This document shows, one piece after another, positions 24,820 through 37,854 of a stretch of DNA of 64,000 bases. Position 1 is the stretch's first letter; the number at the start of each line of letters is the position of its first letter. This DNA comes from Octopus sinensis (lineage: Eukaryota): contig NC_043008.1 in assembly GCF_006345805.1 (NCBI RefSeq), positions 38,998,001 through 39,062,000 of the forward strand. The letters are read 5' to 3'. The notes below the pieces were generated by a model. It saw only the letters and a program-made list of their open reading frames with translations, was not told where the DNA came from and searched no databases. Both the position numbers and the translations under genes were made by a program.

Positions 24820-25480
24820 ATTGTTTTTGTCCTGTTTGCCGTTTGTCCTGCTATCGTCTATACATCCGCATGTTGTGTTTTGTTGATTTATTGTTGTGCG
24901 CGATTTCGGAAGAGTTTTATTCAGATATGTACAGTAGACATTGCAATTATTGGTGTTGAAGATTTTGTTGTGTTTGAGATGGGGTGGGAAATCTTGTCAT
25001 ACTTGTTTTCAAAAGTTCTTGGCAATATTAGTGGCTATATTTATGTTGAGTGTTGGATCAAACCAAGTTGCATTTCAATTCCTAGTTCTTCTGTTACATT
25101 GGCTGTTCATTGTATATTATTTTCTCTTTTTAATCGTTCCTTGTACGCGCTAAGTTTTAGTAGGAAGCAACTTTGTAAAAGATACCACGATCTGAAATTA
25201 GGATGGAGACTTTCCTACACCACAAACAAATCAAAGGGAGAGAGGTAACCAGGTCAAATCAACCTTTTAGCATGAACGTAGACACTAATATAATCAATAT
25301 CTCAATTAAAACAACATGTCCAACTGATAGATGAGTGTAACAAACCCGACAATAGCAAACACTTTGAGATCAGCGGTTCATATGTAGATAACATGACTTT
25401 TAGATAACTCAATACGACCGGATATACAAATGTGCAGATCACAAGGAATATGTAACGGAAGAATTATGTACCTTATCTTC
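24820..25480. pseudogene. Two divergently oriented Penelope-like RT thumb/linker fragments (minus ~24820-25245; plus ~25240-25480)
   Basis: Minus: TWFDPTLNINIATNIAKNF..FPPHLKHNKIFNTNN. Plus: REVTRSNQPFSMNVDTNI. Both match the Penelope pattern IxWFNPPFSxNVxTNIGKxF...FP...KIFNRN. Confidence 0.6.
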
Positions 25481-25733
25481 CTACTCAGAGAAACTTGCCG
25501 TTGCAAAGTCGTGAGGTATAACAACCCAGATCAGATAGTATTATAGAATAGGCGTGAAAGTTTGCGTAGCAAAGGATTGAATCATCAGCTGACACCTGAT
25601 AAATCTTTCCTTCTTTCTCTCTTTCTCTCCTCCTCTCACTATATACACATACACATATAGAGAGAGATTTATATATATATATAAATAGACAGATGTGCGT
25701 ATGTGTGTTTAAATACATATCATGCATGTGTAC

Positions 25734-25796
<63 letters not shown>

Positions 25797-25798
25797 TG

Positions 25799-25840
<42 letters not shown>

Positions 25841-25843
25841 TTT

Positions 25844-25906
<63 letters not shown>

Positions 25907-25911
25907 AAATG

Positions 25912-25942
<31 letters not shown>

Positions 25943-26565
25943 ATATATATATATATATAATCTGCATTTGTGTATATTCTTTCCCCTTAATTTGTCATAT
26001 ATATATATATAAATGAAAATGTGTGAGCGTATGTATGTATATGTACGTGCAAAAGCATGTAGGTGTGTGTGCACGTATACACATACACACAGACAAACAC
26101 ACATATAGTTACATAGTTACACATATAAGTACATAGTCTACGAAATATATACGAATAGACTCTACACATCACTCGGATAAGAGCATTGTAGAACATCATT
26201 AAACCATTGTGATAAGACGGGTGTATGGTGATGATATCAACGTCTATCACTACACACACGGGTATTGCTGGCGAAGCACAATTTGACATTGCCTTTCATC
26301 AAATACGAGATTTGTATGTTACCGAGTTTCCTTCTTCGAGGAGAAATCAAATAAATTCACCAGAGAAATAGCCGGAATATTTAATGATTTTTCTCTTTCT
26401 TTCCCTTTTTATTTTCTTTCCATAATCTGTGAACTACTACAAGAAGATACTATTTGTTGTCTGATACAGATTCAAACTCCAAATAGGTTCTTTTCCTAAA
26501 TTACTTCACACAGAGAAACTAACTCATATATGCATATACTCACATATATGCATGTATATCTACCT

Positions 26566-26830
26566 TGGATCTTTTCTAAAAGATGGACAGAATTTTCTAG
26601 TTAACTAGAAAATTTGAAGCTTCGTATACTGGTAGAATGTGTCAAAAGAAAACATTATTGTAAACCAAATTGAAAACGAAATTCTAATTTCTAAGTTTAA
26701 CGTAGTTTAATTATTCGAATTTTAACCAATGGTATTCTTTGTTTTGAGCTTATATCATTTTCTGCTTATTCGTTTTGTAACGTAAACATCCGCTTATCGT
26801 AAACAGCTAAATTAAAATTTGTGTAGATCC
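26566..26830 (+). mobile_element. Degenerate MITE related to 42765-43176
   Basis: Starts ggatcttttc, shares ttctagttaact...cttcgtatactggtagaatgtg with the 42.8-kb MITE, ends gatcc. Confidence 0.5.
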
Positions 26831-27539
26831 TAAACAGCTAAATTCTTTTTGAAAGTCTGAGTATATATAAAATTTGTGTTTAAATTATTTTCCGTTGTTT
26901 GCATTGCTTTATAGAATTTGAAACTTATTCGTTTGTAAATGGCCACGTTTAAATTATTTTCTATTGTTTGCATTGCTTTATAGAATTTGAAACTTTTACA
27001 CATACACACAAACACATATATTGATATATGCATATATTTATTTTTATACACACACACACACATGTATACAAACATATGCATATATATATATATACACCTA
27101 TACACACATATTCTAATGCATATGCATATATGTGTATATATTTATAATGTGTGTGTATTATAGATGCATACATTATATATATATAAAAGATGTTTACATA
27201 CAATATATATATATGTTATATACATGTATATGTATGTATGAATATATACCACAGAATTTGAATCAAACTGTTTTGATCCATACATACACACACACACACA
27301 CACACGCACACACACACACACATACATACATACATACACACATACAAAAATTACATCGTTGGAGCAGTAATTTATTTATGTATTTTTTGTTATACAATTT
27401 ATTTTTAAGCTGAATCCCTATCCTGCCATTAACCCCTTTCTTATAAAATAGTTGAAGAATCTGGGGTGTAGGAATTGGGCCAGTATTGGAACACTTCTTG
27501 CTCTCTATCTTATGATCTCCGAAATTTAAGAATCTTGTG

Positions 27540-27975
27540 TTAACTGGGCTCTTATTATTTACTCTGACTCTGCCACCACCTCAATGCAAAGACTATCAAT
27601 ATCAGAATCATCTTCACAACCACCACTACAACCATTACTACAACCTCCAATGTCACCACCACAACCATCTTCTGCAACCACAACCCGAAGACCAATACCA
27701 GCATCATATTCAAAATCACCAATTTCACCGCCACTACACTCTGCAATATCTTCAACACTACCATCCATGAGACATCCTAACATAATCAATGCTACTACTA
27801 CTATCATCATCATCCACTGCCGCCACCACCACCAACACCTCTACAAAAACACCAACACTATAATTGCTGCCATCATACACATCCACTGTCACCACTACAC
27901 CACCACCACCACTGCCATGATAACCACATCTACCACCTCCAACACCATTGCCACCACTATCTATGAGACATCCTA
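27540..27975 (+). repeat. Degenerate (CAC/CAT/CAA)n low-complexity tract
   Basis: Trinucleotide-like degenerate repeats. atgagacatcctaa occurs twice. Confidence 0.8.
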
Positions 27976-28749
27976 AGTTAGATACTACATTCACTTTCTA
28001 GTTGCTCTTTGAGTTTATTATATCTAATCTATCTCTCTAAAAGATGCAAACCAAGTAGCATAAATGGAGAATGGATGTGAGCAGAAAGAGAGTAAGTTCC
28101 ATTCCAGTTTACAACAATTATAGAATTATTCTCAAACCATAAATGAATGGTGGAGAGGAGTGAAGGAGGAGTCATGTTTCCTCTGAGAGGTTACAGAAGT
28201 ATTATTACACTGTTGTTAGAATAGCTGTGGAAAATGTAAGTTGAAATCAAATTTGATGCTAAATTCTTTTATAGTCATGTTCCCAATGAAATACACATAA
28301 TCAATTTGAACAGTCTTAGTAAAATAACTACTTTCTTTAATTATTAATCAGGTGTTTGGATCAACAAAATTATGAGATAAAGGTGAGAAGGTCAGTAGAG
28401 TGTCTATCTGCTTGTAACTATGTAGACACTTAAAATAATGAGCGAAAGCATGGTATACATTACTAATTCATACTCGCCTGCAGGCAGTCACTAGGATTGT
28501 TTTTTTATCTGCTCATATATATGCAATGAAGCATTGATGTTTCATTGTATATTTGGACATAACAAGTAATTCTTCGTCGTCAAACTGTCCAACCCATGCC
28601 AGCATGAAACATGGATGTTAAATGATGATGACTACATGATGACACTTCACATTATTGAAACATTGGGAATAGGAACTAGATCATCTGATGATGTTAACAC
28701 GTGACAGAGTGGCTTCCTCTCCCTGTAGCGAGGAAGATTTTAATTGATA

Positions 28750-28958
28750 TGTTTCTCCTTTTGGCATTTAAACCGGCCATATCTGGCCCAAATATTCTAC
28801 CTCTTTTATGTTCAAACCGGTCAGGCCTGGCCTCTTGCACCTATCCTAGAAAGTCAATCTAAAAATAAGCAATCAGATCAATGAAATCTCAAGGCTACAG
28901 GTAATGCATGATTAATTCAAAGCAATGTGAACAAACAATCTGAATGTTAAGGAGTTAA
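28750..28958 (+). mobile_element. Possible piggyBac-type MITE remnant
   Basis: Right end tgaatgttaaggagttaa (TTAA terminus). Left end ctccttttggcatttaaac is a degenerate inverted counterpart. Confidence 0.4.
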
Positions 28959-29482
28959 GAGGAAACAAGAATTGAACACTGGTTTTTAACAGTGATATCA
29001 GAGATCTTTTAAATTGAATTACATTACTTTTAATATTAAAACAAACTACTGTAAAAATGTGAAACAAAATAATTGCATTCTTATTTGAACCAAAATCCAT
29101 CATTCTCAGTATCATAAATAAAGGCGCCAGTCGCACCTCAGTGCTTACATGTTTGTCTTGTCTAATAAATGGAAGATTACTGAACATAAGACATTTGGGT
29201 CACTCAGCTAAGTTTCATCTGAGCAATATATGTGAAAGTTCTGGAAATTTGTGACTTTTTTGTATTTCAAATAATGTGCAAGTCTGAGAATAATATACAT
29301 TGTTGGATACAGACATACAACTAAACTTATATATTTTAGATTTTCTCAAAAAGTTTAACAATTGCTGACTAATATAACTAGCTTCTCTATTACTGCCTGT
29401 GTCTCTCCTCTCTTTGTTATTCTATCTACAGATAGGTTTGTGTGTGTAGTTCTTATATATACACATTCATACATTACCTCTT

Positions 29483-29650
29483 TTACTTGTTTCAGTTATT
29501 GAACTGTGGCCATGATGGGGCACCACCTTGAAAGGTTTAGTGAAACTAATTGCGCCCACTACATATTTTTAAGTTTGTTATTTATCAGTGTCATTTGCTA
29601 AACCGTGAAGTTGCAAGGACATAAACAAAACAACACCAATTGTCTATGAT
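29483..29650 (-). mobile_element. Old SINE family B, 3' half
   Basis: Reverse complement: aaggtggtgccccatcatggccacagttcaataactgaaacaagtaaaa. Confidence 0.65.
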
Positions 29651-29924
29651 GCTACTGGATCAACTAAAATATGTTACCCCCTACTATATTATTGAATAGT
29701 TTTTCTCCTGTTTGTTATACCAACTACACCCTCACACACACAAATACATTTTTTGTAAGGTGGTTGGTGTTAAATCCAGACACAGAAACTTATGTTGCAA
29801 AGAGAAAGTATGAACAAAATGTAGTCCTGCAACTCAGTTGGGAGTGGAGGTGGAGGTACTGGCTCAGTTCTACCCAAAAAATGCCAGCATAGAAAAGTGA
29901 TGATAATGCGGATCATGAATATCA

Positions 29925-30250
29925 TCATCATCATCATCATTTAATGTCTGTTTTCCATGTTAGCATGGGTTGGACGGTTCAACCGGGATCTGGGAAGCCA
30001 GAAGGCTGCACCAGGCTCCAGTCTGATCTGGCAGTGTTTCTACAGCTGGATGCCCTTCCTAATGCCAACCACTCCATGAGTGTAGTGGGTACTTTTTACA
30101 TGCCACTGGCACAGGTGCCAGGCGAGGCTGGCATTGGCCACGTCCAGATGGTGCTTTTGACATGCCACCGGCACAGGGATCACAACTACAATTTCCAATG
30201 ATTTTTGATGTTGATGTACTTGACTCAATAGGTCTCCTCAAGCACAGGGT
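29925..30250 (-). mobile_element. RTE LINE 3'-UTR fragment with (GAT)n tail
   Basis: Reverse complement ends ccgtccaacccatgctaacatggaaaacagacattaaatgatgatgatg. Confidence 0.75.
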
Positions 30251-30479
30251 CGAATATATATTTTTTTAATATTTTTTTGCAAACAACATGCAGATGCAAG
30301 TGTTACCTGTTGAAAGCTCTGCATACCAGATGCTAGCAAGTATATGGGGCCATTAGGAGAGAATGCCTGCCATTTCAGGACCTATCTCTTGACAGCATCA
30401 TTGGGTACCCCTTACTGAAATGAGACCCTGCTTGCTAGATCAACTGGTCATCAGGTTTCACTCAATATTCTTCTAGCCA

Positions 30480-31036
30480 TTGCTCATTGTTGCTTTTGGT
30501 CTGGTTGCGGAGAAGAAGCAATAAGCATTTTCTGATTTTCATTCAAATTTGTCGAGCTTTTTTGATTTTCTGATTGCATGCAAATGGTTGCAGGCAGTTT
30601 TCTGGTTAACTTGAAGTTCTTTTGCCAGTTCTCAAGTGGTTTTATATGGATCTTTTTCAATGACAGTCTCTACTTGACTGTCATCGATGACAGATGGGCG
30701 TCCATAATGCTCACAATCTGCAAAATCATTTAAACCATTTTCAAGCTGACCTCTCACTGGTCATTTCCCCACCAAATATTTTATTGATATCATGCTGCTT
30801 TTTTGAAGTTGAATAGCAAAACTGATCAAATATCACACTTTCACAGTTCCATTTCAGATGATTGTAACAATGGGGAAAAAAAATATAAATGTTAATTTAT
30901 TGATGCATTTGGGTAAGTTTATATCTGTATTATCAGACAACTGCAAAAAAATGTTTAACAAAAATTCAAAACCCTGCAAAAATCTGGTACAAATTATTCA
31001 TGGTTCAAAACGTTGCTTATTTTTTATTCAACCTGA
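30480..31036 (-). mobile_element. Mariner 5' remnant (left TIR plus HTH region)
   Basis: Minus strand TA-tcaggttgaataaaaaataagcaacgtttt TIR. Translation GRPSVIDDSQVETVIEKDPYKTT*ELAKELQVNQKTACNHLHAIRKSKKLDK...LNENQKM. Confidence 0.75.
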
Positions 31037-31044
31037 TAATTGAT

Positions 31045-31144
31045 TCGCCGTCTGAGGAATTTTTAATAAGAGATATTTTATAATTTTCTCTAACATGTAT
31101 AATATTCTAACTCCTATTAGCAAATGAAACATGTGCAATGGTGA
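31045..31144 (+). ncRNA. Hammerhead-like motif with long stem II (probably inactivated at U16.1)
   Basis: TCGCCGT CTGAGGA [~14-bp imperfect stem II] GAAAC ATGT GC A ATGGTGA ATAAA. Stem I has 7 pairs (2 G-U). Triplet GCA instead of GUA. Confidence 0.5.
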
Positions 31145-31875
31145 ATAAATAATACTAAAAATATTTTCCAGTCTACTGTTTTGATGCGTAATTACTCTGC
31201 AAATATTATTTTCCAATATTTTTCTACTCTTATACATGCCTCACACAATTATAACATCTACATACAATGTTGGCATACTGGAATATACAGGTGTGCTTCA
31301 CGAGGACACGGCTTCGGTTACAACCCTATCTACATACTATATATGTGTGTATATATATATATATTATATATATATATATATATGCACGCATACATATGTA
31401 CAAAAAGACTGATAGAAGGCACAAGCACGTAGTTCCCTTCTTAATCATATGGTTTTGAGTTCAGTCCCACTGCATGGCAACTTCGCCAAGTATCACTTAT
31501 GATAGCCAAGATTGACCAAATCCTTGTGAGTGAATTCGATAGATGTAATCTGTAAGAAATCTATCTATATAATATGTGTGTATATCTGTTTATGTTTGTG
31601 CTCTATAAAAGTTGCAAGCTACAAGGTTTGCTGTTGTCATTTCTCTGGTTGAAAAATTTCAAGACATGTGTAATTAAGAGATTCCTTATTTAAAACACAG
31701 TCAAGTGTTAATGACAGGAAAGACATCTGATTGTGAAAGAATACTTCAATCATTTTTTCATTTAAAACATACTTGACTTGAAAAACATGCAAATCAAACA
31801 AGACATATTCAAATACATACGTGTATTGATGATATTTATATGTATTATACATATGATATATGTATATATGATTGA

Positions 31876-31932
<57 letters not shown>

Positions 31933-31959
31933 ATGTATAATATGATATGTATATATATA

Positions 31960-31991
<32 letters not shown>

Positions 31992-32194
31992 GTATGTATG
32001 TATATATATGTATATATATATATATATTCCGTCCAACCCGTGCTAGCGCGGAAAACGGACGTTAAACGATGATGATGATGATGATGATGATGATATATAT
32101 ATAATATATATATCTATATATAAATGGTAAGACAACAAAAGAATGAAAGAGACCTCGATATTCTGTAAATAGAAGAATTTATCTGTATGCTGGT

Positions 32195-32525
32195 TCTGGG
32201 TTCAGTCCCACTGCGTGACACATTGGGCAAGTGTCTTCTACTATAGCCTTGGGCCGACCAAAGCCTTGTGAGTGGATTTGGTAGATGGAAACTGAAAGAA
32301 GCCCGTCGTATATATGTACGTGAGTGTATGTTTGTGTTTGTCCTACTAGCATTGCTTGACAACCGAAGCTGGTGTGTTTATGTCCCTGTAACTTACCGGT
32401 TCGGCAAAAGAGATTGATAGAATAAGTACTGGGCTTACAAAGAATAAGTCCTGGTGTCGAGTTGCTCGATTAAAGGCAGTGCTCCAGCATGGCCGCAGTC
32501 AAAATGACTGAAACAAGTAAAAAGA
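32195..32525 (+). mobile_element. SINE family B (5'-truncated)
   Basis: gggttcagtcccactgcgtgacacattgggcaagt...ggcagtgctccagcatggccgcagtcaaaatgactgaaac. Confidence 0.85.
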
Positions 32526-32769
32526 GAAAGAGAATTCACACACACATACACCCACAGGTGTGTGTATATATATGTGTGTATGTATGGCAGCAACAACATT
32601 GGCAGCATTAGTAACAACATAAAGAAGTGCTTTGCTGGTAACATATGCAGGGGCAGTAACATTACCGATGCAACCACCACCACTAACACCAGCAGCCCTT
32701 GCTTTGACATAGCAGCAGCAGTTACAACTACATCAACAGCAGCTACAGTGGCATGAACAACAATAATAG

Positions 32770-33125
32770 GTACAACACCGACATTGCAAGTCTACAGAAA
32801 TATATTTGTTGGACCAGAAATTCATTTTCCCAACCATGGATCCTTCAAAGTCCTGGAAAGGAGATACATAACATCGCTGGCCATATGGCAGCTAGAAGAC
32901 GACAGAGTTCCACACTCCATCTTATGGAAAATCCTCAAAAACTCAGACCTCAACATAAATGGGATGAAATGCTGCAAGCTATGCATAGCTGAATGCATGG
33001 GAATCCTGAGGGACTCATTCGAACCAGGGGCTATACTTAACTCCAGAATGGAGATTCTTGGGCCATGTTTGCACTTTAGGAGATTTCTACTGGCCTTTTG
33101 GGAACTGCTAGAAGGTGATAGCTAA
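32770..33125 (+). pseudogene. Penelope-like element GIY-YIG endonuclease C-terminal fragment
   Basis: NHGSFK...RYITSLAIWQLEDDRVPHSILWKILK...NGMKCCKLCIAE...LNSRMEILGPCLHFRRFLL matches Penelope NHxxSF...TSLxxxIWxLK...WKIL...CxLCxxE...LNxRxE...CxHRxKFLL. Confidence 0.8.
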
Positions 33126-33399
33126 CAAGAGAGGGAGATAATCCCCTATTATTTACCCTCAGCTGAATGATGGCATTATGGTTGGAAGCTATTGGTGAAA
33201 GGAGATAATCCAGACCTTCCCTTCCATATTTTAAAGAGGTCATAGGTCATCAGGTCTTGGGTTTTGACGATATGCCATAAAATTAAACCCTTTATGGACA
33301 GGAAACCCAGGATAACCTCATACGAAGAAAAATATAGACCACTCTACTTCTTAGAGTGTGCTTCGCTGGATTTATGTTTTTCTAAAAACGATATATATA

Positions 33400-33795
33400 C
33401 ATCCTCCAGGCATTTGATGTAGGCCTCTGTGTTTAGTCTGAGACCATGTGGGAATATGAATGAAAGCATAACATTGCCATTGCTAGTGATCACTCCAAAC
33501 ACCATGATGTTGGCTGGATGTTTGATTTTTATCACTCTCGGTACATATTTTGGGGACATGGCAAGTCAGTGGTTCTGTGCATTCACCATCTGTTTTTATT
33601 GGAGCGTACGGCACGAATGCCAACCAGTAAGGCATCTCATTTCCAAATTTCTGGCAGAGTAAATGGTACTGTTTTTCGCACAGATGGTGCTCAACTGACC
33701 CTACTATACTGTGTAATTAACAAAATCAAAAATAAACAATGCACATGTGTAAAATTAAAACTATGAAATGGTGACAATTTACCCATCACACCCTG
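33400..33795 (-). mobile_element. Tc1/mariner (maT/DD37D-like) remnant with left TIR
   Basis: Minus strand TA-cagggtgtgatgggtaaattgtc terminus. KHPANIMVFGVITSNGNVMLSFIFPHGLRLNTEAYIKCLEDV. Confidence 0.75.
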
Positions 33796-34094
33796 TATAT
33801 ATGCTGTAGAAATGATTAAATGCAAGTTTGTTTTCTCCATACATTTCAGTTGTGGTTATTTTCAAATTTTTAACCTTTGCACTAAATGTTCCAAGTGCAA
33901 GACAACACTTTATTGCATTATTTTATATATGTTCAGTAACACTACTAAGTATAGTAATAACCACTTTACTGGAAGCAGATTGGATGCTGATATTCTGCAT
34001 GGAGTTTGAAACTCAACAGTAGCAGTTGCGCATCTAACTGTACACACAATATATACATATGTGTATATGTGTGTGTATATTATATATATATATA

Positions 34095-34477
34095 TATATA
34101 GGGAGAATTCACAAAAAAATGAAGTCGGGTGGTGTAGACAACAGATGTATTAATTTAATGCTCGGGAAGTGAAAAAGTCTTTAATATTTAGAGCCTACGT
34201 TCTTCCACAGAAAGAAACGGAGAGAAAATACAGTGTAGTGGCTAGCAATCTATCATGGCGAATGCCGGACAAAGGGATCACACAGGAGAGCTAGGAAGAA
34301 GGGGAGATAATAAAGATCCCAAAATGAAGATGCACGTGCGTGTGTATATGAGAGCATATATGGGTGTGTGGATGATGGTGTGGGTGCTGGGAAGTAGTCA
34401 GTGCTAGTGTGTGCATGGTGGTGTGGTGTGGTGGGACAGGTGAGAGTGGGGAAAGCAAGGGTGGGGTGTGGGTTAGG

Positions 34478-34519
<42 letters not shown>

Positions 34520-34720
34520 GGCAAGTAAAAAACAAAAATAGGAAAAACAACAAAATTCAAAAGGATTACACAGCGAATATATGAGATTGATGCTCAGAGA
34601 AAGTAAGATGGAAAAAAGATGGAGGTGTGACATTTCAAGCATAGTTCTTTGTCAGAAAGGAAAGCGGAAAATGAGTGGAGAGAAGGAAAAGGACAGTCTG
34701 AGAAAAGCATATATATATAT
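34095..34720 (-). mobile_element. Penelope-derived non-autonomous element with two decayed hammerhead motifs (34181-34213, 34628-34658)
   Basis: Reverse complements tttctgtggaagaacgtaggctctaaatattaa and tttctgacaaagaactatgcttgaaatgtca align with the intact tttctgacgaagagcttcgctcgaaacgtta at 24673. Confidence 0.55.
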
Positions 34721-35739
34721 GTATAATTATTTTCTTGTTAATTAATGATTCCTATCAATATAAATATTCCCCCACTATATGTCTACTATTACATGTCTTA
34801 AAAAAGAAACAAAAATCTCATTGATTCAACCATTATGAAACCAAAGATTTTTTACCGTTGTCTCTGAAGGCAGCTGTGCACCTCACCAACCCACCTATCC
34901 CACTTTACATGACACATTCACTTGCATTCTTTTATTTATTCTGATCTCCCACCCAAAGAATATTCATCCTAATAATTTCCATGACTTTTGTTTCGGGTGA
35001 ACTTCTACTTAGAAGGAAATTCCATTTATGCATGTATGCATACATTTACACCGAGAAAAATCATTTAACATTGTCTTTACATTTGAATGTTTATCATTAA
35101 AAAATGTTTTGAAGCCTAGAATTGTTTCTTCTTTTATTAATTTCAGTCAGTGTGCTATGACCATGATCAGGCACTGTCTTTGGGTGTCTTTCATTGACCC
35201 TATTAGAGCAAATTTCAAACATAGGGCAGGGTCCCATTTTAATGATGCCTGTTCATTGAAAGTAACCTTTGATAGCCTAGTATACTAGAACAGTAAACAT
35301 GTAAATGAACACACACACATACACACAAACACATCTTGCGGGCTTCTTCATAGAATTATTTTCCCAATTTTACTCACATGACATTGATCAACCTAAGACT
35401 ACAGTAAAAGACACTTACCCAATATACCACACAGCAGAATTGAACCACAAAGCTATCCTTTATAAATATTTTTATCAAAATTCTTTTGTTTAAAAGAAAA
35501 AGATCAAAGCCTTTTAATTTTTTCTTCTTTATTATGAAAATGTCCTGCGTAAGTTATCTGGCGTTAATATTGACTGGGGTTGGAAGTTTCTGGTACAAGA
35601 AAATTAAAGGGGATAAGTTCAGCTAGGAATATTATCTTTGTCACATATTCTACTGGAACTTGTAAATTATAACATGTTTCATGTACTAACAAAATTTGTA
35701 AATAATTTCAATATTCATTTCATCCAGTATTGTTTAAAG

Positions 35740-37320
35740 CATTGATTCCCAATGTGGTCCCTGGAACCCACCAGTGGTCCCCAGAGAATTGGTAGCCATA
35801 AAAAATTGAAGCCATTTCAGATCTACACAATATTGTTCGATAATAAAGACACTGTTAGTTAATAATAATTTATATGAAGACAGAATAATAATAAGAAAAC
35901 AAAATTCAATAATTATTCCATAAGAATCAATAATGTAATATATAATATATATAATATATAATCAATAATATATTACAATCAAGAATTACATAATTTAAAT
36001 TTTATAATCACAACAGTTTCATAATAAATTCGATATTTTTAATAGATCACTACATAATATTGTTTAATAATAAATTTGATACTTTAAATTTATAGAAATA
36101 AAATATTTATTATTTTAATTTTTTTTAAGATCAGTTGTAATAATATCTGAACCAACTGCTAAAAAGGCAAAACTGAAGAAATACAAAGAAGATTTTATTG
36201 TGTTTGGTTTTGTATCTTTAGACTCAAAACCTATGTATCTTGAATGTAATGCCATCATGACAAATTATTCCATGAAGAAATTTAAGCTGGAGCAGCACCA
36301 GAAATTAAGGCATCCATCATCTGTTGGTAATGGTCGGGAATATTTTGAGAATAAAAAGAAAATACAGCTAATCAAACTACCTGACTTTGTAAAGAAGATA
36401 ATTATTGAAAAAGTAAAGACACTCAAACCAAGTTATCTGGTTTCTGAAATTATTGTCATGGTTGCATCACCTCAGATTTAAGGTGAGAATCTTGTCAAGC
36501 CTGCTATGATAGCTTGTGCAAATGAGGTTCTGGGAAAAGATGCTGCATCTACTCTGAGTACAATTCCACTTTCAAATAACACAATTACAAGAAGACAGGA
36601 TGAAAAGTCTAATTTTGTTGAGGAGAAAGAAGATTGTGGAAATTCTCCAAATGACCAATTTTTCTATCCAGGTTGATGATAGCACAATTCATAACCAAGT
36701 TATCCTTCTGGTCTATGTCAGATTCATCCATGAAGATGATATAAGGGAAGAAATGTTATTCATTAAAAGTTTTTTTCTGAAACAACTAATGGAGAAGATA
36801 TATTCAATGAAGTAATGCAGTATTTTAATGATAAAAATATTCCATCGACTAATTTGATCAACACTGCATCAGATGGAGCTGCAGACATGACTGGAAAAGT
36901 GAAAGGCTTTGTTTCTAGAATGAAATCAGTTGCTCCTCGCATTTTTAATATACGTTGCATTATCCACAGACAGCATGTGGTTGCTAAGAATGTTGGAGGA
37001 CACATGGAAAACGCACTCAACACTTCCATACATATAAATAACATTGTCAAATCAAACTCTGTGAATAATAGATTTTTTATGCAATTCTGTGAAGATGAAG
37101 ATTTTAAAACTCTATTGCTTCACACAGAAGTAAGATGGTTCAAAAGGCCTGAGCCTTGAAAGACTAGTGAATTTGTGGGAGCCATTAATCCACTTTTTCA
37201 TGTTCAAGAGTCAGATGGCTCATTACAACTCCAAGACAAGCTGATACAGCTAAGAAAATTTTGGAAAGACTTTCTGAGTTTAAAAAAAATATTCTACTTG
37301 AGTGATTTTTTAAAACAGTG
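35740..37320 (+). mobile_element. hAT (Buster/Charlie-type) transposon remnant with disrupted transposase (~36140-37160)
   Basis: Left end cattgattcccaa (CAGTG.TTCCCAA-like). SMKKFKLEQH, GENLVKPAM, IPLSNNTITRR, FSIQVDDST..ILLVYVRF, SDGAADMTG, CIIHRQH and LLLHTEVRW. Confidence 0.85.
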
Positions 37321-37854
37321 AATCTGCTTAACTGCAAGGTAGAAAATCAGATTTGGTCACCCGTTGTTGATCAGGTAATTACTTTGATTGTTTATCGAGA
37401 GCCACATTTAAAGTATATGTATAATTTACTTCTCCTGTATGTGTGTATTTTTATAAGAGAAAACCATGTAATAATTGAAGTAGAAGAAAGATTAATATCA
37501 TACATGAACTTGTGTTTATGATAGCTAAGGCGGTGATAGACAGCTAATGCGTGCATGAATGCGATGCGATCTCTGCCCAGTATGCTGAAGTGAAGAATGC
37601 ATTAAGTAAATAAAAAGCAAGCGATTATTAGAGAGCAATAGCTGTCTTAGCCGCGTGCATAACGCGATGCGTCCGTGTGTTACGTATGCTACCGGACACA
37701 CACTCGTGGGCGATATCGCCGCCGAGATGACAGCTTTTCGATCGATTGCGTCACCGGCTGCCAACTCTTTGCTCGCTCCAAACGCTATTGCTCTCTACTA
37801 CAAATCGCTTGCCTGCACCCAACTTTATTACTAATATAATCATCGTCGTCGTCA

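Noticed and set aside
24619-25248. 209-aa hydrophobic ORF resembling a membrane protein
   Set aside because: It spans a pyrimidine-rich pLTR and the antisense strand of an A-rich Penelope fragment. The hydrophobicity comes from T-richness.
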